Origin: Chiloscyllium plagiosum
Lineage: Eukaryota
Direction: 5' to 3'
Length of the DNA stretch: 64,000 nucleotides
Assembly (NCBI RefSeq): GCF_004010195.1
Contig: NC_057719.1
Location: 48,718,914-48,782,913 of the forward strand
Under the pieces are notes generated by a model. That model was not told where the DNA came from. It worked only from the letters and a program-made list of their open reading frames with translations, and did no database searches. Shown here in pieces: positions 21,701-35,703 of this stretch; the first letter of the stretch is position 1, and each line of letters begins with the position of its first letter. A program made the translations under genes and the position numbers.

Positions 21701-22559
21701 CAGCTGTAACAAACTTTTCCTGTGGTTTCTGAATAATGTGCCATTATAATTAGCAGACTACTTATAAATCTCTGCAAGATGATTTTGTGATATTGAAGCT
21801 TGATGGCTGATCACTTTAGTTTGTCTTCAAAAGGCTAACCTGACCTCAGTGGACTGCTCCTGGTAATTCTAATTAAGGAAAAATGGCTTGTTGCCTGTAC
21901 TGTACCAGAGAATTAAAGATGGGCCAATTGTAGGATGAAGCCACAGCACAGGTGGAGTACATTATTGCTATTTGATCACAACATCACTTACTTTGAAGGA
22001 ATTTTTTTTTTACCAACCGCTTGGTTTCTGCATCCATCTGTCACTAGCGGCAACATTATGTTCTTGCATTGCCAACAAAAAGAAGTGGGGGAGGAGTTAG
22101 TCTGCTATTAGTGAGGGCATTGAGATTTCAGAGAAAATGAATTATGAAATATAAACTCTTCTCTGCCTCAACAATAGTTGTCAAAATAATTATGTCTATG
22201 TTAGTGTCTCCTAGACAGCCCTAACTAGATAATTTGTGCAGAATTTCTAATTCGCTAGGCCCAGCTGTGTGTGCTATGATAGGCCTGTCGTTTTGAGAAT
22301 TGTGTGAATATATTTTTGCAGCTTTTGAAACATTGTGATTTGAATGCTGAACTCTTCATGAATATGAGATGCCCACAAATCATGTCACTTGGTTAACATA
22401 ATCAAGCCACATGTATGAGCTTATTACTGGAAACCTTTTATTGATATCACTCATAATGAGCTCCACCCTCTGCTATACTTGGATGAGTGGATGCCATATA
22501 ATGACTCATTCCTCTGCTGACCAGCCAATATCTTTGAATTCCCACACCCTTAAAACTCA

Positions 22560-23920
22560 ATACAAATTGATGCAGTTGATTCAAGGCAGTTAAACACATT
22601 CATATGTTAACTGCAATACAGAGTGTCCTTCTCCATCTACCTGATTGCCAGTTCCTGATGCAACTAGAGTCACTAGTGATTGTATATGGCTGGGAGGGAA
22701 TTGTGCTGGGAATCCTCGGTGTTGACTATGGGACCATGATATCTCTTGGATTCAATTCAAATATGGGCAAGGAAGTCTTCCACTGAGTAACACTCATCAT
22801 GTTCTTTTTGATGTACCACAACCAGGAAGAAGCACTGAAGGTAGCCAGAGAAGAGAATATACTCTGGATGTGGAACTTCAATGCCCATCACAGGAAGTGG
22901 TTTGGTGGACTTATTGTCAGGCGAGCCCAGTCCTGAAGGATGCATCTACCAAACTGGCCTTGTAGCAGATAGACAAGGGACACATACAGAGCAAAATCTA
23001 CTTGACCTCATCTGCAGATATCTATCCATCTGTCACAGATGCATCTCTCTCAGGTAATGTTGCTAGAAGTGATCATTGTACAGTCCTTGTCAAGAAGAAA
23101 TTCTATCTTCACACTGAGGACATCTTGAATTGTGTTTTGTGGCACTACAACTTCATTAAATGGGACAAATTCATACAGATCTATCAGCTCAAAACTAAAC
23201 GTTCATGAAGCTCTGTGGATCATTGTATCAGCAGATTTTATTCAATATAATTTGTAATCTAATGGCCTTGTTTTACCATTGCCATCAAGCCAGGATATCA
23301 CCATTGGTTTAACTATGAACATTGGACAACATGCAAGGAGCAGCACCAAGCATACCCAAAACTGAGGTATCAAGATTGGTCTAGCTTCAACACAGGACTA
23401 CAAGCATGCTAAAATAATGTCATAGATAGGGCAATGTCATCTCAGAATAAACAGATCAGATCAAAACTTGCAGTTCTGAAACATCCAGACATAAATTTAA
23501 CAGGAACTGCAAGCTTCATGACATTCCTCACTTTGATGATGATGAAGTATAATAGGTTTGTGCGATAAACAAGGATGAAGTGTTTGAAATCATCTTTCAT
23601 CAAAATTGCCATGTTGTTGATTTATCCCAGTCTCCATCTGCAAATCCCAGATGCCATTCTTCAGGCAACTTGATGCATTCCATATGATATCAGGAATGAG
23701 CATAGTGCATTGGATGCTGCAAATGTCTTAGAAGTATATTGCTGGTCTTTCATTATCACTGAGTCAACTTTCTTGAGATCCCTACCTAACGACAAGTAAA
23801 TATTCCTACACCAAAGGATTGCAGTGTTCACAGAAAACTGTGCCACCACCTTCTGAAGGGTAATTAGAGATAAGCAACAAATGCTCACCAGAAATGTCTC
23901 ACATCTCCAAAATGAATGAA
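22560..23920 (+). mobile_element. Old CR1-group LINE fossil including the APE endonuclease region
   Basis: Decayed G.FN.HH..W.G (GGAACTTCAATGCCCATCACAGGAAGTGGTTTGG), LDL and SDH motifs (ORF 23002-23208 ARSDHCTVLV). Confidence 0.7.
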
Positions 23921-24371
23921 GAAACGTCTATCACCATATTTGACACTCACCACAGTCATACCAAATTATTTAACCACTGGGCGGAATGTTTCCCACTGTT
24001 GGTATGGTGGGAGAAAAGTCTGAAAATAAGGTGAGAACTTTAAAAAGTCAGAGTCTGCTGTTAACCACTTATTCCCCCACCAGTCATGGTCTTTTCAAAC
24101 AAGGTTGGGAGTGGGGATAGTTGTGGGTGGTGGTAATTGATTGAATTGGAAGCTGATGTATGAACAGTTAATGGTGATGCAGTAGCAGAAGTAATGGTGA
24201 GGTGTCCCTGGTGAGCAAGTTAGAAGCGCTGAGGGCAGGAAGGGTAGTGGATCAGAAAGATGAGATAGCTGAGATTCATTGAATGAGCATGATGCATAGT
24301 TCATGTGGTCCACGAACCTTGAGGAGATGTGTGTGCAGGGACTGAGTTAGAGTGAGTGTGAGGTGGAATTT

Positions 24372-24474
24372 ACCCTTGAGAGCGCTGCAATTAATTGACC
24401 CTTTTGAGGCACTGCTGGGCACCACTTTTGATGTGAGTCACAGCACTGACTTGTGTTGCTATTTGAGACCAGGC
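24372..24474 (-). pseudogene. Myb/SANT-like DNA-binding exon remnant of a PIF/Harbinger transposon
   Basis: Manual translation gives AWSQIATQVSAVTHIKSGAQQCLKRVN*L, followed by a GT donor-like site (G/GTAAAT). Confidence 0.7.
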
Positions 24475-24494
24475 TAACTGATTTTACATGGAAA

Positions 24495-25360
24495 ACACAA
24501 AAATATGCAGGAAGACAAGTGGTGAGGATGATACAAAGAGTCTGCAGAGGGATATAGAGATTAGGTGAGTGTGCAAAGACTTGTCAGGTGGAATATAATG
24601 TGGGGAAATGTGAGGTTTTGCACTTTCGCAGGAAGAATAAATAAACTTGAAAGTTATTTCAATGGAGAAAAACTGAAGAAAGCTACAGTACAGGAGGATT
24701 TGTGAGTCCCCAGATGTAGATCACAAAAAGCTCGCATCCAAATTCAGCAGGAATAGAGAAGGCAAATAGAATGTTGGCCTTTATTTCAGATGGAGTATAT
24801 AAATAAGGAAGGGTCTTTCTAAAACTATACAAGGCACGAGTTAGACCACACTTAGAATACTGTGAACAGTTTTTGTTTCCTTATCTAAGGAAACATATAC
24901 TGCCATTGGAGGCAGTCCAGAGAAGGTTCACTAAGCTCCCTTATGAGCAGAGAGATTGAATAACCTGGACTTGTACACATTAGAGTTTAGAAGAATGAAA
25001 GGAGACCTTATTAAAACATATAAGATTCTTAGGGGGCTTGATAGGATAGGTGTGGATTTTGATGTATGAGGGCAGAATCTCACAGTGAGAGGTCACCCAG
25101 TTAGATCAGGAATAAAGAAGAATTTCTTCTCTCAGAGAATAATGAATTAGTGGATTGCTTTACTGCAGAGGGCTGTGGAGACTGGATTGTTAAATATATT
25201 CAAGGTTGAAATAGACAGATTTTAAATCAGTAAGAAAATCATGGGAATATTGGGAAAGTGAAGTTTCAGACTAATGCGTTTGGTATTACTTAATTGAACA
25301 TCAGAACAGACTCGACAGGCTAAATGGCCTAACTCTACTATTATGTGTTGTCATCTTATA
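24495..25360 (+). mobile_element. Older CR1 subfamily 3' fragment
   Basis: Decayed [20 protein letters not shown] and GDLIKTYKILRGLDR motifs. Confidence 0.85.
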
Positions 25361-25548
25361 GGCTTATAGTGTGGTGGCATACTGTCTTTAGGCTGCCAGC
25401 AAATGAAAGGACTGCTATCCTTACACCACCTCCCACCAGTACTTCCAGATCCTACTCCTGCTGACGCTCTACACTGTGATACCTTTAAAATTCAGCGTCA
25501 AGCACTACCTCTTGAGAGGTAGTTCTTGGCTTGCTGTTTTGAAGTGAT

Positions 25549-25608
25549 TCTGGATTAGTGGTCCAGAATCTGGTTTCCAGCATCTGCAGTCATTGTTTTT
25601 ACCCTGTA
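25549..25608. mobile_element. 60-bp remnant of a Penelope-type short element with an 11-bp TSD
   Basis: TTTGAAGTGAT at 25538-25548 and 25609-25619. Internal TCCAGCATCTGCAGT is shared with 15300-15526. Short inverted TCTGGA/TCCAGA. Confidence 0.7.
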
Positions 25609-26401
25609 TTTGAAGTGATATACAGCTGGGTTTTAAATATAATGTCAAAGGTGTGTAAGTTGGAAGTCTCACCAGTAGCAAGGGCCTCCACCACATTGGA
25701 AAAAGCAGAAGATTGTGTGAGAAAATTCACCCCAAGCCAAGGTGGACAGGACATCCAATAATTACAAGAAGGAAAACTTAGCCCTGATGTTTCCAAAGAA
25801 TAAATAATGGCTCAACAAGTGGTTAGCTCAGTTCTTTCAACCGACCACAATACAAAATACATTTTACCAAAGAAATGTTTCAGCCTCTTGAACCCCATGA
25901 TTTTTAAGAGCAGACATGAGACAGACTTTGAGTTTTGAGTTAAAAGATAGAATTAAGGTTTACACTCTAAATGTAAATGCAATAGCACTCACTCTCCATG
26001 CAAGATTCACACACACAAGCTGTTTGCAAAAGATGCATTTAAATTACTTAAATCAAAAATCTCACTTTTATCATCACTTATCAAGGTTGTTGCAATATAA
26101 CATTTCAAGTTGGATAGATTATTTGTTAGTTCACCTAAAAAAATTGTACTTGGAAGCTTCTGGCTTTTCTAATTGAGGTTGTGGTTGAACCCCTATAATG
26201 AAGGTCTGATTCTTTGGTAAAATAAACTTGCTCCATTTCTGTAAGTGGGTGAGTTTCTAGGCAGCATTCTCCCTTTTTCTGGGTAAGATGGCAAGTCTGG
26301 GAAACCAGTTCTCCCAGTTTCTGTGGATATATGGACATCAATAACTGTTAACTTCATAAATAATCTGTTGCATTCTGATATCTCTTGCATGTAAAGTTAT
26401 G

Positions 26402-26845
26402 GAGTCATAGAGTCATAGAGATATCCAGCATGGAAATAGACCCTTTGGTTCAACTCGTCCATGCTGACCAGATATCCCAACCCAATCTAGTCCCACCTGC
26501 TAGATATCCCTCCAAACCCTTCCTATTCATATACCCATCCAGATGCCTTTTAAATGTTGCAATTGTACGAGCCTCCACCACTTCCTCTGGAAACTCATTC
26601 CATACATGTACCACCCTCTGTGTGAAAAAGTTGCCCCTTAGGTCTCTTTTATATCTTTCCCCTCTCACCCCAAACCAATGCCCTTGAGTTCTGGACTCCC
26701 CCACCCCAGGGAAAAGACTTTGTCTATTTATCCTATCCATGCCCCTCATAATTTTATAAACCTCTATAAGGTCACCCCTCAGCCTCGGACTCTCCAGGGA
26801 AAACAGCCCGAGCCAATTCAACCTCTCCCTATAGCTCGAATCCCC
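26402..26845 (-). mobile_element. CR1/HER1 LINE 3' end
   Basis: ORF 26450-26857 has RLRGDLIEVYKIMRGMDR...GNFFTQRVV; (TCTATGAC)n tail. Confidence 0.95.
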
Positions 26846-28527
26846 AAAAGGTGACATTTTATTGACTTCCCAGAGTCATAGCCAGACATTAATTGATCTC
26901 TGTTTGTACAGAAAACACAAAAACGATCATTTCAAATACCAGTGCCTTCCCCAAACATGCTCTGAGTCCATCTTGTCAAGGTAAATTGTCCATATTCCAT
27001 GCTTTTTTTAAAACATAAATTTGTCTATCTTCTGCATATGTTCATGAGCAAATAACAGACTAGAAAATCCATAAAACACTACAGAAAAAAACTCTTGCCT
27101 TTTCATCTTTCCATTTCTCTTCTTTCTTTATCAAAGTTTAACTTTATTTTATTTCTGTTGAATATACTGTTAATGGTATCAAGGACTCATATCTGAGACA
27201 TCAGTCCAGGGAGTCAACCAAAAGTGAAACTGAGATTTATTCAAGAATAGAAGACAACTCATCATTTAACATTACACAAGTATCTGAAGAAAGCCACATG
27301 ATTAGCTTCATGTGCCTCATTTTAATATTTAATATTTATGAAAGATATATCTAGGAATCCTTAGTACAGAACGTTTTTCTCCTGCATTGCAACATTCCAT
27401 GAAAACATAGAAGCTATGAAAACTAAGGGAAGTAGATCAGGAAAATTCTGGGTTTTTGATGCCTGATTGCTTTGTGTTATCTATACTCAGCAGGTTTGGT
27501 GCTGAGGATTGTTAAACAATACCTTAGGAAGGAAAATGTTAGCTCTCTTCTCTCCTCCTATTCAGTGATAATTGCTGGAAGTTGTGTGTACTATTATGTT
27601 TGTGTCTGTAAGGATTCTCAGTGAGGACAGGTTGTCGTTTTGTTGTCATTTTTGCTGTGCTTGAACAGCTGGCTGATACTGTCTAAGCTTAGACATCAAA
27701 TTGGCATTTATATGAGATACTGGAGCCAATAGGCAGACAAGGATCAATTCCTTCTGAACAGGAGGGGGGAAATATGAAGAACAATTCCTAAATATATTTT
27801 CTACCACCCCAGGAATCCAACATTGATACTTGAAAAGCAATGGCTGTCGCCTTGTTCGATGTGTGGAATGAAGCCTGATTGCATTTAGTTGCCAATTGTT
27901 TTACAGAATTCTGAAGTGAAATCCCAGATATCAACATGTATTTTAATTTCAGTATTTGTTAAAATAATAATATAATCTATTAATTACTGAAAACAAAATT
28001 GCATTTTTAAAAATTGTTTGATCTTTTATCCCACCCAGTGCGAGTAATTTTATTCTAGAAATCCAGCTAAGTCCCCAGCAAGCCTGGATGTGGATTATAA
28101 TTATGTGTAGATCAGTGACGACTTGAGATCTCACTTAGGTAAAAGGCTTTTTTTCTCCCTAATGTGTGCCTCAGAGATTATACAGTGATTAATGTACAAA
28201 GGAAACAGATTTTCATGTCTCTACAAACCATTTGCTTTTAATATACCATCAGTTAATGGTGTTTGTTTAGATGAAATTGTAAGGAATTAGAATTTACAAA
28301 TCCTCTCATTTTGCTCTCCATCTTTTTGAGTTTGTACTTCACATAATAGATTTGCACATGAGCCATTTAGTCGAGTTTAAATTAAAATCTTTGAAAAGAG
28401 CTAATGAGCTGGTTGAACAAAAACAGAAAGAACGAGAGACATTCAGCATCTGGAGAGCGAGAGTGAACACACGCATGTGTAACACTCCTTGAGATATACA
28501 GAATATTGCAGATAAACAAAATTTGTA

Positions 28528-28755
28528 ATGGCCCAGAAAGGCAAGTTAGCTCCTTGGTTAGCCAATAGGGACCTGGAAATATGAGTGAATGAGGTGGTCG
28601 AAAGATAGGGAGCAGTGTTTTTTTTATGCTGACCAGTAAAGGAGGTCACATCACCAGACCCAGCTAACCTGGGTCGAGATAACAACCCGGGTCAGTGCAG
28701 AAGCCTGGGTGAAACAAAGCAAAGCAACGCAGGAAGAAGGTTAATGTCTTTCTGT
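28528..28755 (+). pseudogene. Myb/SANT-like (Harbinger second ORF) fossil
   Basis: Manual translation across frameshifts gives MAQKGKLAPWLANRDLEI*VNEVVER / RAVFFYADQ*RRSHHQTQLTWVEITTRVSAEAWVKQS / QRRKKVNVFL. Confidence 0.7.
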
Positions 28756-29531
28756 GCATCCCAGGATTATGTTTTCTAACATTCACTCATGGGATGTGGG
28801 CATCACTGGTTGGACCGGCACTTAATGTTATTCTTGAGAAAGTGCTGTGTTCTTGAATCACTGTGGTCCATGTACATATGCTGTAGGTAAGTAGTGCCAA
28901 CATCTTTTCTCTGAGACCTCACACTCACAGAGTTACGACTCACTCTAACTCTGCCCACTGCTCTTACCAAGGCTCGAGGGCTTTAATTCTCAGTATTGCA
29001 TGTATCATGTTCATTCAGCAGCCCTCAGCCATGTCTTTCTGCCAAACTCAAACCCATTCTGTCCTCAGTGCTTCTTACTCACTCAATGGGAGACAGTATC
29101 ATCTCTCCTGATTGTGCATCACCACCAACAGCTATTCCATCCACTGTCATCACACTCACTCCCTCACCTTTGGCCCACCCTCTGAGCTGATGTCTCCACA
29201 GTACCCTGAATGACCTACTTTTAATCTCAGACTGGTTATGTCTGACCTGTGAGACAGATTGTGGTCAACCCCTGGACTGAAATGATATGAGTCCCTCTGC
29301 TAACTCTGAGGATGCCTCCTGATTGAACGCTCTTGACTTCAATAAAGATTGGTTGATGGCCATTTGGTTGAAGGACAGGGCAGTATGTTTGTTACACAAG
29401 CCGCTGCTTCATTGTACAGCTGTAAGATTGACATGGTTTGGAGCTGCATAGCAACATGTCCACCCCAATAAATAAAAACAAAATACCTAGGCACTTTGCA
29501 GCCTTTAGATTCAATATTGAATTTTACACTT

Positions 29532-29807
29532 CATGGTGGCTCAGTGGTTAGCACAGCTATCTCACAGTGCTAGGGACCGGGGTACAATTCCAACCTGAGG
29601 TGACTGTCTGTGTGGAGTTTCCAAGTTATCTGTATGGGTGCTCTGGTTTCTTCCCATAATCCAAAGACGTGCAATTAGTTGTGCTAAATTGCCAATAGTG
29701 TTAAGGGATGTGTAAGTTTGGTGCATTAGTCAGAAGGGAATGGACATGGGTGGGTTACTCCTTTGTGGGCTGAATGGCCTGTTTCCACTCTGTAGGGGTT
29801 CTGTGAT
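29532..29807 (+). mobile_element. HE1-type SINE, diverged
   Basis: GGTGGCTCAGTGGTTAGCAC head; GGCCTGTTTCCACTCTGTAGGG tail. Confidence 0.88.
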
Positions 29808-32800
29808 TTTCTTACATTTACCCATTTCCACATCCTCGAAATGTCTTTTTTGTGTCTTGTGAACATTGCTCGCAGCAGAACAGACCCATTTTCTTTTTTT
29901 CACACCTTTATTTACACACATTTTTCATGTATATCCTTCCTTTCCCACCATTAGCACTCCCTTTGTCCTTTGCTGCAGGCACCCTCACAATCTGTTCTAT
30001 CTGTTCCTTCCCCAGCATAAAAACTACCATTTCCCAGCCTGTTTCAGTTTGGGAGACGAGTCATATCAAAATGTTATTTGTTTCTCTCTCCACATGCTGC
30101 CATACCTACTGAGTTTCTTCACACTTTCTGTTTTTATGTCCAACCTCTTAACTGTTCACTGCTGCCTCACCCTGGGCATTAATGAACATTGCAGCCACAG
30201 AATTTACATTGTCATTGAAAAATGAGCAAGCACTAAGAAATGAAGCTAAATCTAAAAATGGATTCTGCGTATTTTCATGAGATGCATGTATGTTCCTGTG
30301 AGCAAAGTGAGCTGGCAAAAGAATGTGTATCCTAAATGCCCATGAGCTTTAAAACGAGGTTCTGAAAGCTGATGTGATTTGGTTCAAGAGCAGAAATGAT
30401 GACGCTTTGCAGCTGATGGTTTGTTCATGCTCACTTGTGTGGATAAAGGACGAAAGAGAACAGTGTCCATGGAGCATGCAGGAATGTTATAACGAGGGCC
30501 GGGCTGGATGATTAAAGCTCTGATTTTCATGCCCAGAATTGGCTCTGCCTGGTTTCTCAGGGAAGGAGAGAAGAATTCAAAGCTATTGTGTTATTTATAA
30601 GATGCAAATGCATGGAAAGGAAACCATCTCTGTTCATTAGCAAGATTCTGACTTTACTGCTAAACCTTGAGGGAAAAATCAGAAACAGTTTGCTTGACGT
30701 CACAAAAAAATGATGTTTTAAATTTTCACTGTGTTTTCCAACTTTCTCTGCATTTCCCTTGACCTACACGGGAATGGAGAATTCCACACGCCATGTTAAT
30801 TGAGCTACATGAAATCTATCACACTTAAGTTGAATAAAAACAGATGCTGTTTGCTGTGGATTTCACCAAAACAAATGTTCCGTTCAAACAGTTCAGAAGT
30901 ATAACAAAGGTATTTAATGATAACTGGAAACTTCAGTCAATGGAGAATCATAATCACTATAGCCATGATGTTCTGGTCCATGTTGGTGATGAGATTTTGG
31001 CCAGTAGGACAATGCAATTGCAGAAGGTATTGAGAGGAAAGAAAGCAAGGGACATCAGAGTGTTGAGATCACTTGGACTTGCAGAGGACCAGGCTACAGT
31101 TGAGAAACCAGAAGTCAGCTAGTAGGAGCAGAAATGAATGGCAAGGAAAGCCACGCAAATTGATGACCTCAATCTGTCACAATAGCTAACAAAACATATG
31201 TCTGATCCATTTAAAAAAAAGACAGAGAAGGTTCTAACAATCTCCAATGTCTGGCCAGCAAGTGACAGAAGGAGGTAATGACAGTGTCCCAGATAAAGTC
31301 CAAAAAGGATGTTACAATATGCCTCCCTAACTGCTCTGTGGGGAGTGACAGGCATGTACTGGCTCCTGGGAATCCTGTTTCATGATATTAGGTACAGGGG
31401 AAAAGTATTTTTTGTAAATATGAATTAGAATTCACATGAGGGATCAAACAGGAATAGTGACATAATGTGTGCCAATAGCTGACAGAAATCTGGAAAGTAA
31501 GCTCCCAAAAAACTGTTTGAAAAGTAAAACAATTCATATACGAGGTTCAGGAGGGAGAACAGTCTTTAGGGAGAAATAATATACATTATTTATTACAAAC
31601 CATAAAGAAAGTTATGGCTAAATTCATTTTGCTTTGAATTCTATCAGTATATACTCTAAACATGTTTGTAAAAACCAAACAATTTGATTATTTTTCTGGT
31701 CATTGTTAATAGCTGATTGATCATTTTTTGTTATCTACTTTGTAATTGAAGCTCATTTCCAATTGGTTCATGTTTAAATCTCATTAAGTTTGTGACACAA
31801 TGCTACTTTTTGTGTCAATGCAATTTCTGCCCCATTGTTATGAAATCCCTTTTAAGAATAACGTTCTGAACCCAAGACTTTTATTTTTGTGGCAAGGCAA
31901 TTGACACTGAAACTGTCAGCACAGAGTTCAAGTAAAACGCAGGGCTAAAATCTGGTCAATAACCAGTAGGTGACACTGTAGTACCACAAACTGTAACACA
32001 GTTCCTAATAATACTTGCAAGATTGGTTCAGTGTGAACAGGCATTTGACCATTAAGAAATAAAGTGTTTATAAATTATAGAGAAAAAGACGTGATTTTAT
32101 AAAATGGGGTCTGTTTAGTGTCCTGTATTGTATAGGTATTCCACCCATTGAGCAACAGCAAAATTAAAATATATCTGTACTCGGTTCACTTTGGGATGGA
32201 TTTCTGTTTAGATAACACATGTAAAACATTATAGGTGAACGAGGCTTACATATTATTTTTCCAGTCAAGATTTGGAGTTGAACCTGTAGACTCTTGTAGA
32301 ATCTTTTCAAAGTATTATTTTGTCCAATTGTTTTTAGATCAGCCATGTATCAGTACACAAGCAGCAAATCTATTTTTATACTTATATTTAGATGAGAAAT
32401 ACCAAAAGGCAGTACATTTTAGAACTCGCTCAGCGGTTATATTAGTTTTACCTTTTCAGTGGATGTGAACATTGTCAGCAATGTCAGCATTTGTTCGCCA
32501 TCCCCAGATACACTCGACAGCAATTAAGACTCTGCCATGTGCTATGAGTCAAGAGACACATGTAGGCCAGCATCATCTGATTTCCTTCCTTAAAGTACCT
32601 AAAATCATTAGATTTTTACAATAATATGTAATAGTTTCATGGTTGCCATTACTGAAAGTAGTTTTATATTCCATAATGTGTTCCAGCTGCTGTGTTGGAA
32701 TTTGCACCCACCAGTCCCTACATTCAGTGATGTTACGCTAACAACTCCCTTTGTAAAATCAGGTAGAGCACGTACATAAAAAACTATCAAGCAACTAAAC

Positions 32801-35703
32801 AATTCAAGGCTTTTAACAGGAATGATCATTAATTACTGGAGTTTTGAAGATGATCTTCAACTTCCCTTTTGGTACATTTTTAAGGTGTTTAAATTGCTAT
32901 TCAAATTGATCAATTACTGCTTGTTTCTTGAAGAGTTGTACTAAATATTAAGACTTGTTAGTAGATTGTTATAATTTCCTCATATTGTGTTTTTTTTTGC
33001 TGATGTGATGAATGTATTTTATTTGGGAGTGATTACAAAACTGTAAACTAATGTAGATTAATGTAAGCGAGATAGTAATCTAATGTAGGTGAGATTATAC
33101 ACTGGCAGCTCTAAACATTTTAGTTTTCAGGATTAAGTCATGGTTCAAAATCAGTCTAGGCAGTCCATGTTTTTCTATTCAGTTTTACCTGTTGCTTTTA
33201 ACCCTTTGGATCTTTTACTGTACTGACTCTGGTTCCCACTCCTAACATTCTTCAATTCAAAAACTATTGGGCACACTGAAAAATGTAGAGATCATTTCCA
33301 GTTACAATGATTAAAATTCAGATTTTGCAAATTTTCAGTAGAAACATGAGTTTCACTACTAAGCATGGTTGACTCTCAAGTGGTACATTCCCAATCTTGG
33401 ATAACTTAGTCAAACCACATTCGAATGTTTTCCTGAAAAAGGAAGAGAAAATTGTAGAACAAGTTCAGAATGTTCTCGCATTATTTCACAGCTAGCTGTA
33501 GGGTGTTATTGGCAGTTGTTCTGGAATGGGTTCCATACCTATTCCTGGGGCATGATGGTGGGACAAAATGCAGAGGAATCTCCATTCTGTGAATATCGTC
33601 TATAACAGGGTATAGTTAGTCTGAACTCAGATCACTATGAAGACAGACTGACAACACTAATGGTCCCAAATTGGTACTAAATTGTACAAATAGACAATCA
33701 CATTCAACATACAAGATATTGCAGATACTGGAGATCTGAAATAAAACAGAAAATTCTGGAAGTATTCAAGTGGTCTAGGTCTCAAGTCACAGGTCAACTT
33801 TTACACAAGATTGGCTTTTGCACAGGGATGTACGGTAGATTGATTTTGTTTCTCATTGCTGAACTGAATTGAGACATTGTTTGATGGCTGTATTATAAAT
33901 CTGTCACAATAAGCCTTTTCTGCTGATTGTTTGGTGCACTACATTCTGTAATCTCATGCTTGTGTTTTACAATCCTGAGGGAGCCATAATGACACAATAC
34001 ATGCTTAATACAATTATATCATGGTAATGTTATGTGGTTCATGATCTCATTATGATGACTTTTATATACCTTATTCATTGAATTTGAGAAAATAATCATA
34101 TAGCAGATTCTGCTATTTGTTTTAGCACCAAATAATTCACATTTATATCATTTCTTTGAGGTAGAACTTGTCAGAGCATTTCACAAAGAGAAAAAACTGC
34201 ATTGTTAGAAGAATTGACCAGAAAGTTAGAAAGAGAAGTAGCAAAATGGGAGGGAGGGGGTTTAAAGGAAAACCTGAGAATAGGCTTCAGATGATCAGAT
34301 TAACTCAATACAAGAATTTTCCTGATTGGCCAACTGCCATGGTAAAAAGTATTCTAAATTAAAAGATATTTCACTCGGCTATACTGATATCAGTGGTTGA
34401 TTATGAATCACAGAGCAAAAAAGACTAAGAATTTCTTTGGAAATACTCCTGCTTCATCTTCATAACTTTGCTATGAACACATGTAAATGGAAACTGCTCA
34501 GTGCCTACTGTCTATTGGGAACAATTCTAATAGCATTCCTGCTCCTAGTGTGTTGAGGCATAAGGTTGAAACTCATTTCCTCCTTTTGTGCACTTCTAGA
34601 GACAGCACTGATTGTAGCATGCATAGAAATAGTTGAAGAAGATACATGTAATTGGTAGTGGTGTGGGCATTTGCCCAGACTCGCAGGAACTCTACGACTA
34701 CCAATATTAGTACAGCCAATTTCATTCATTCAACAGTAACACTAATTTTTTAAGGATATCCACCATGTTTTGTTTTAAATAATATTTGTTTCTTCTTAAC
34801 TAATTAACATGGTAGGTACCTTACACGTTAAAAGAAATTGTGTTATCTAAAACATATATTCCAATAGAAACCCACAAAAATGTTTGGGCTACATTCCTGA
34901 AATGCCAAACAAGTACCATAATATGAACACATTTTAATATAAAACGCCAAAATAGATGTGGAAATATGCAATAGAATATATAGCAATGTTTTTTCACTCA
35001 AATACAAAATTGTTTTTCTGGAGGTGGAAAGTTGTGGATGTTCTTCCAAATCATCCAGATGTTAAAGTTGAGGGACTCTGCTTTGGAGGTGGAAGATTGA
35101 TTTCGATTTTCAATCCTAATTCTAAGACTCTTTCCAGATCCTCCAATATGTTGGGTCATGTATGGGCAATTGAGTTGCTACTCAGTTTAGTTTTATCAGC
35201 ATTGCATTGAATTCAACACAGAGTCCAATCAGTGAGATCCAAAGCTCCTTGGATATCCAGTCTGCAAAAATCATAATTCCTGAAACCCACTTATGGTAGA
35301 TATTGGATGAATTGGCATGATATATGTAAGAGCAAAGAATAGCGGGTGGGAGACATGGGGCAAAACGTAACATCATTTTAATGAGTGGCATAGAGGATAC
35401 AAAGAGTCCCTAGAGTATTGGTGGAGGGATATAAGGTGGCATGTGTTAGTATGAATTCGGAATGGTGAGTGTCATGGTGAGGGAATATGAGAATTGAAGG
35501 CTGAGGGGGTGCATTTTATATTTTGCACTTCTTCAAAAATTTGAACCCTGAATGGAGCTCTGAAGCTAGTCTTCACACCCAGAATCCTCTTCATTCCTGG
35601 CCCAGCCTTGCTCCCCAAGAACCCCACTACCTGGGAATCAAAATCCAACTTCCAGGTCACTTTCTCCTGTATTGGATTTGCAGATCTGAGAAATATGTGT
35701 TAT

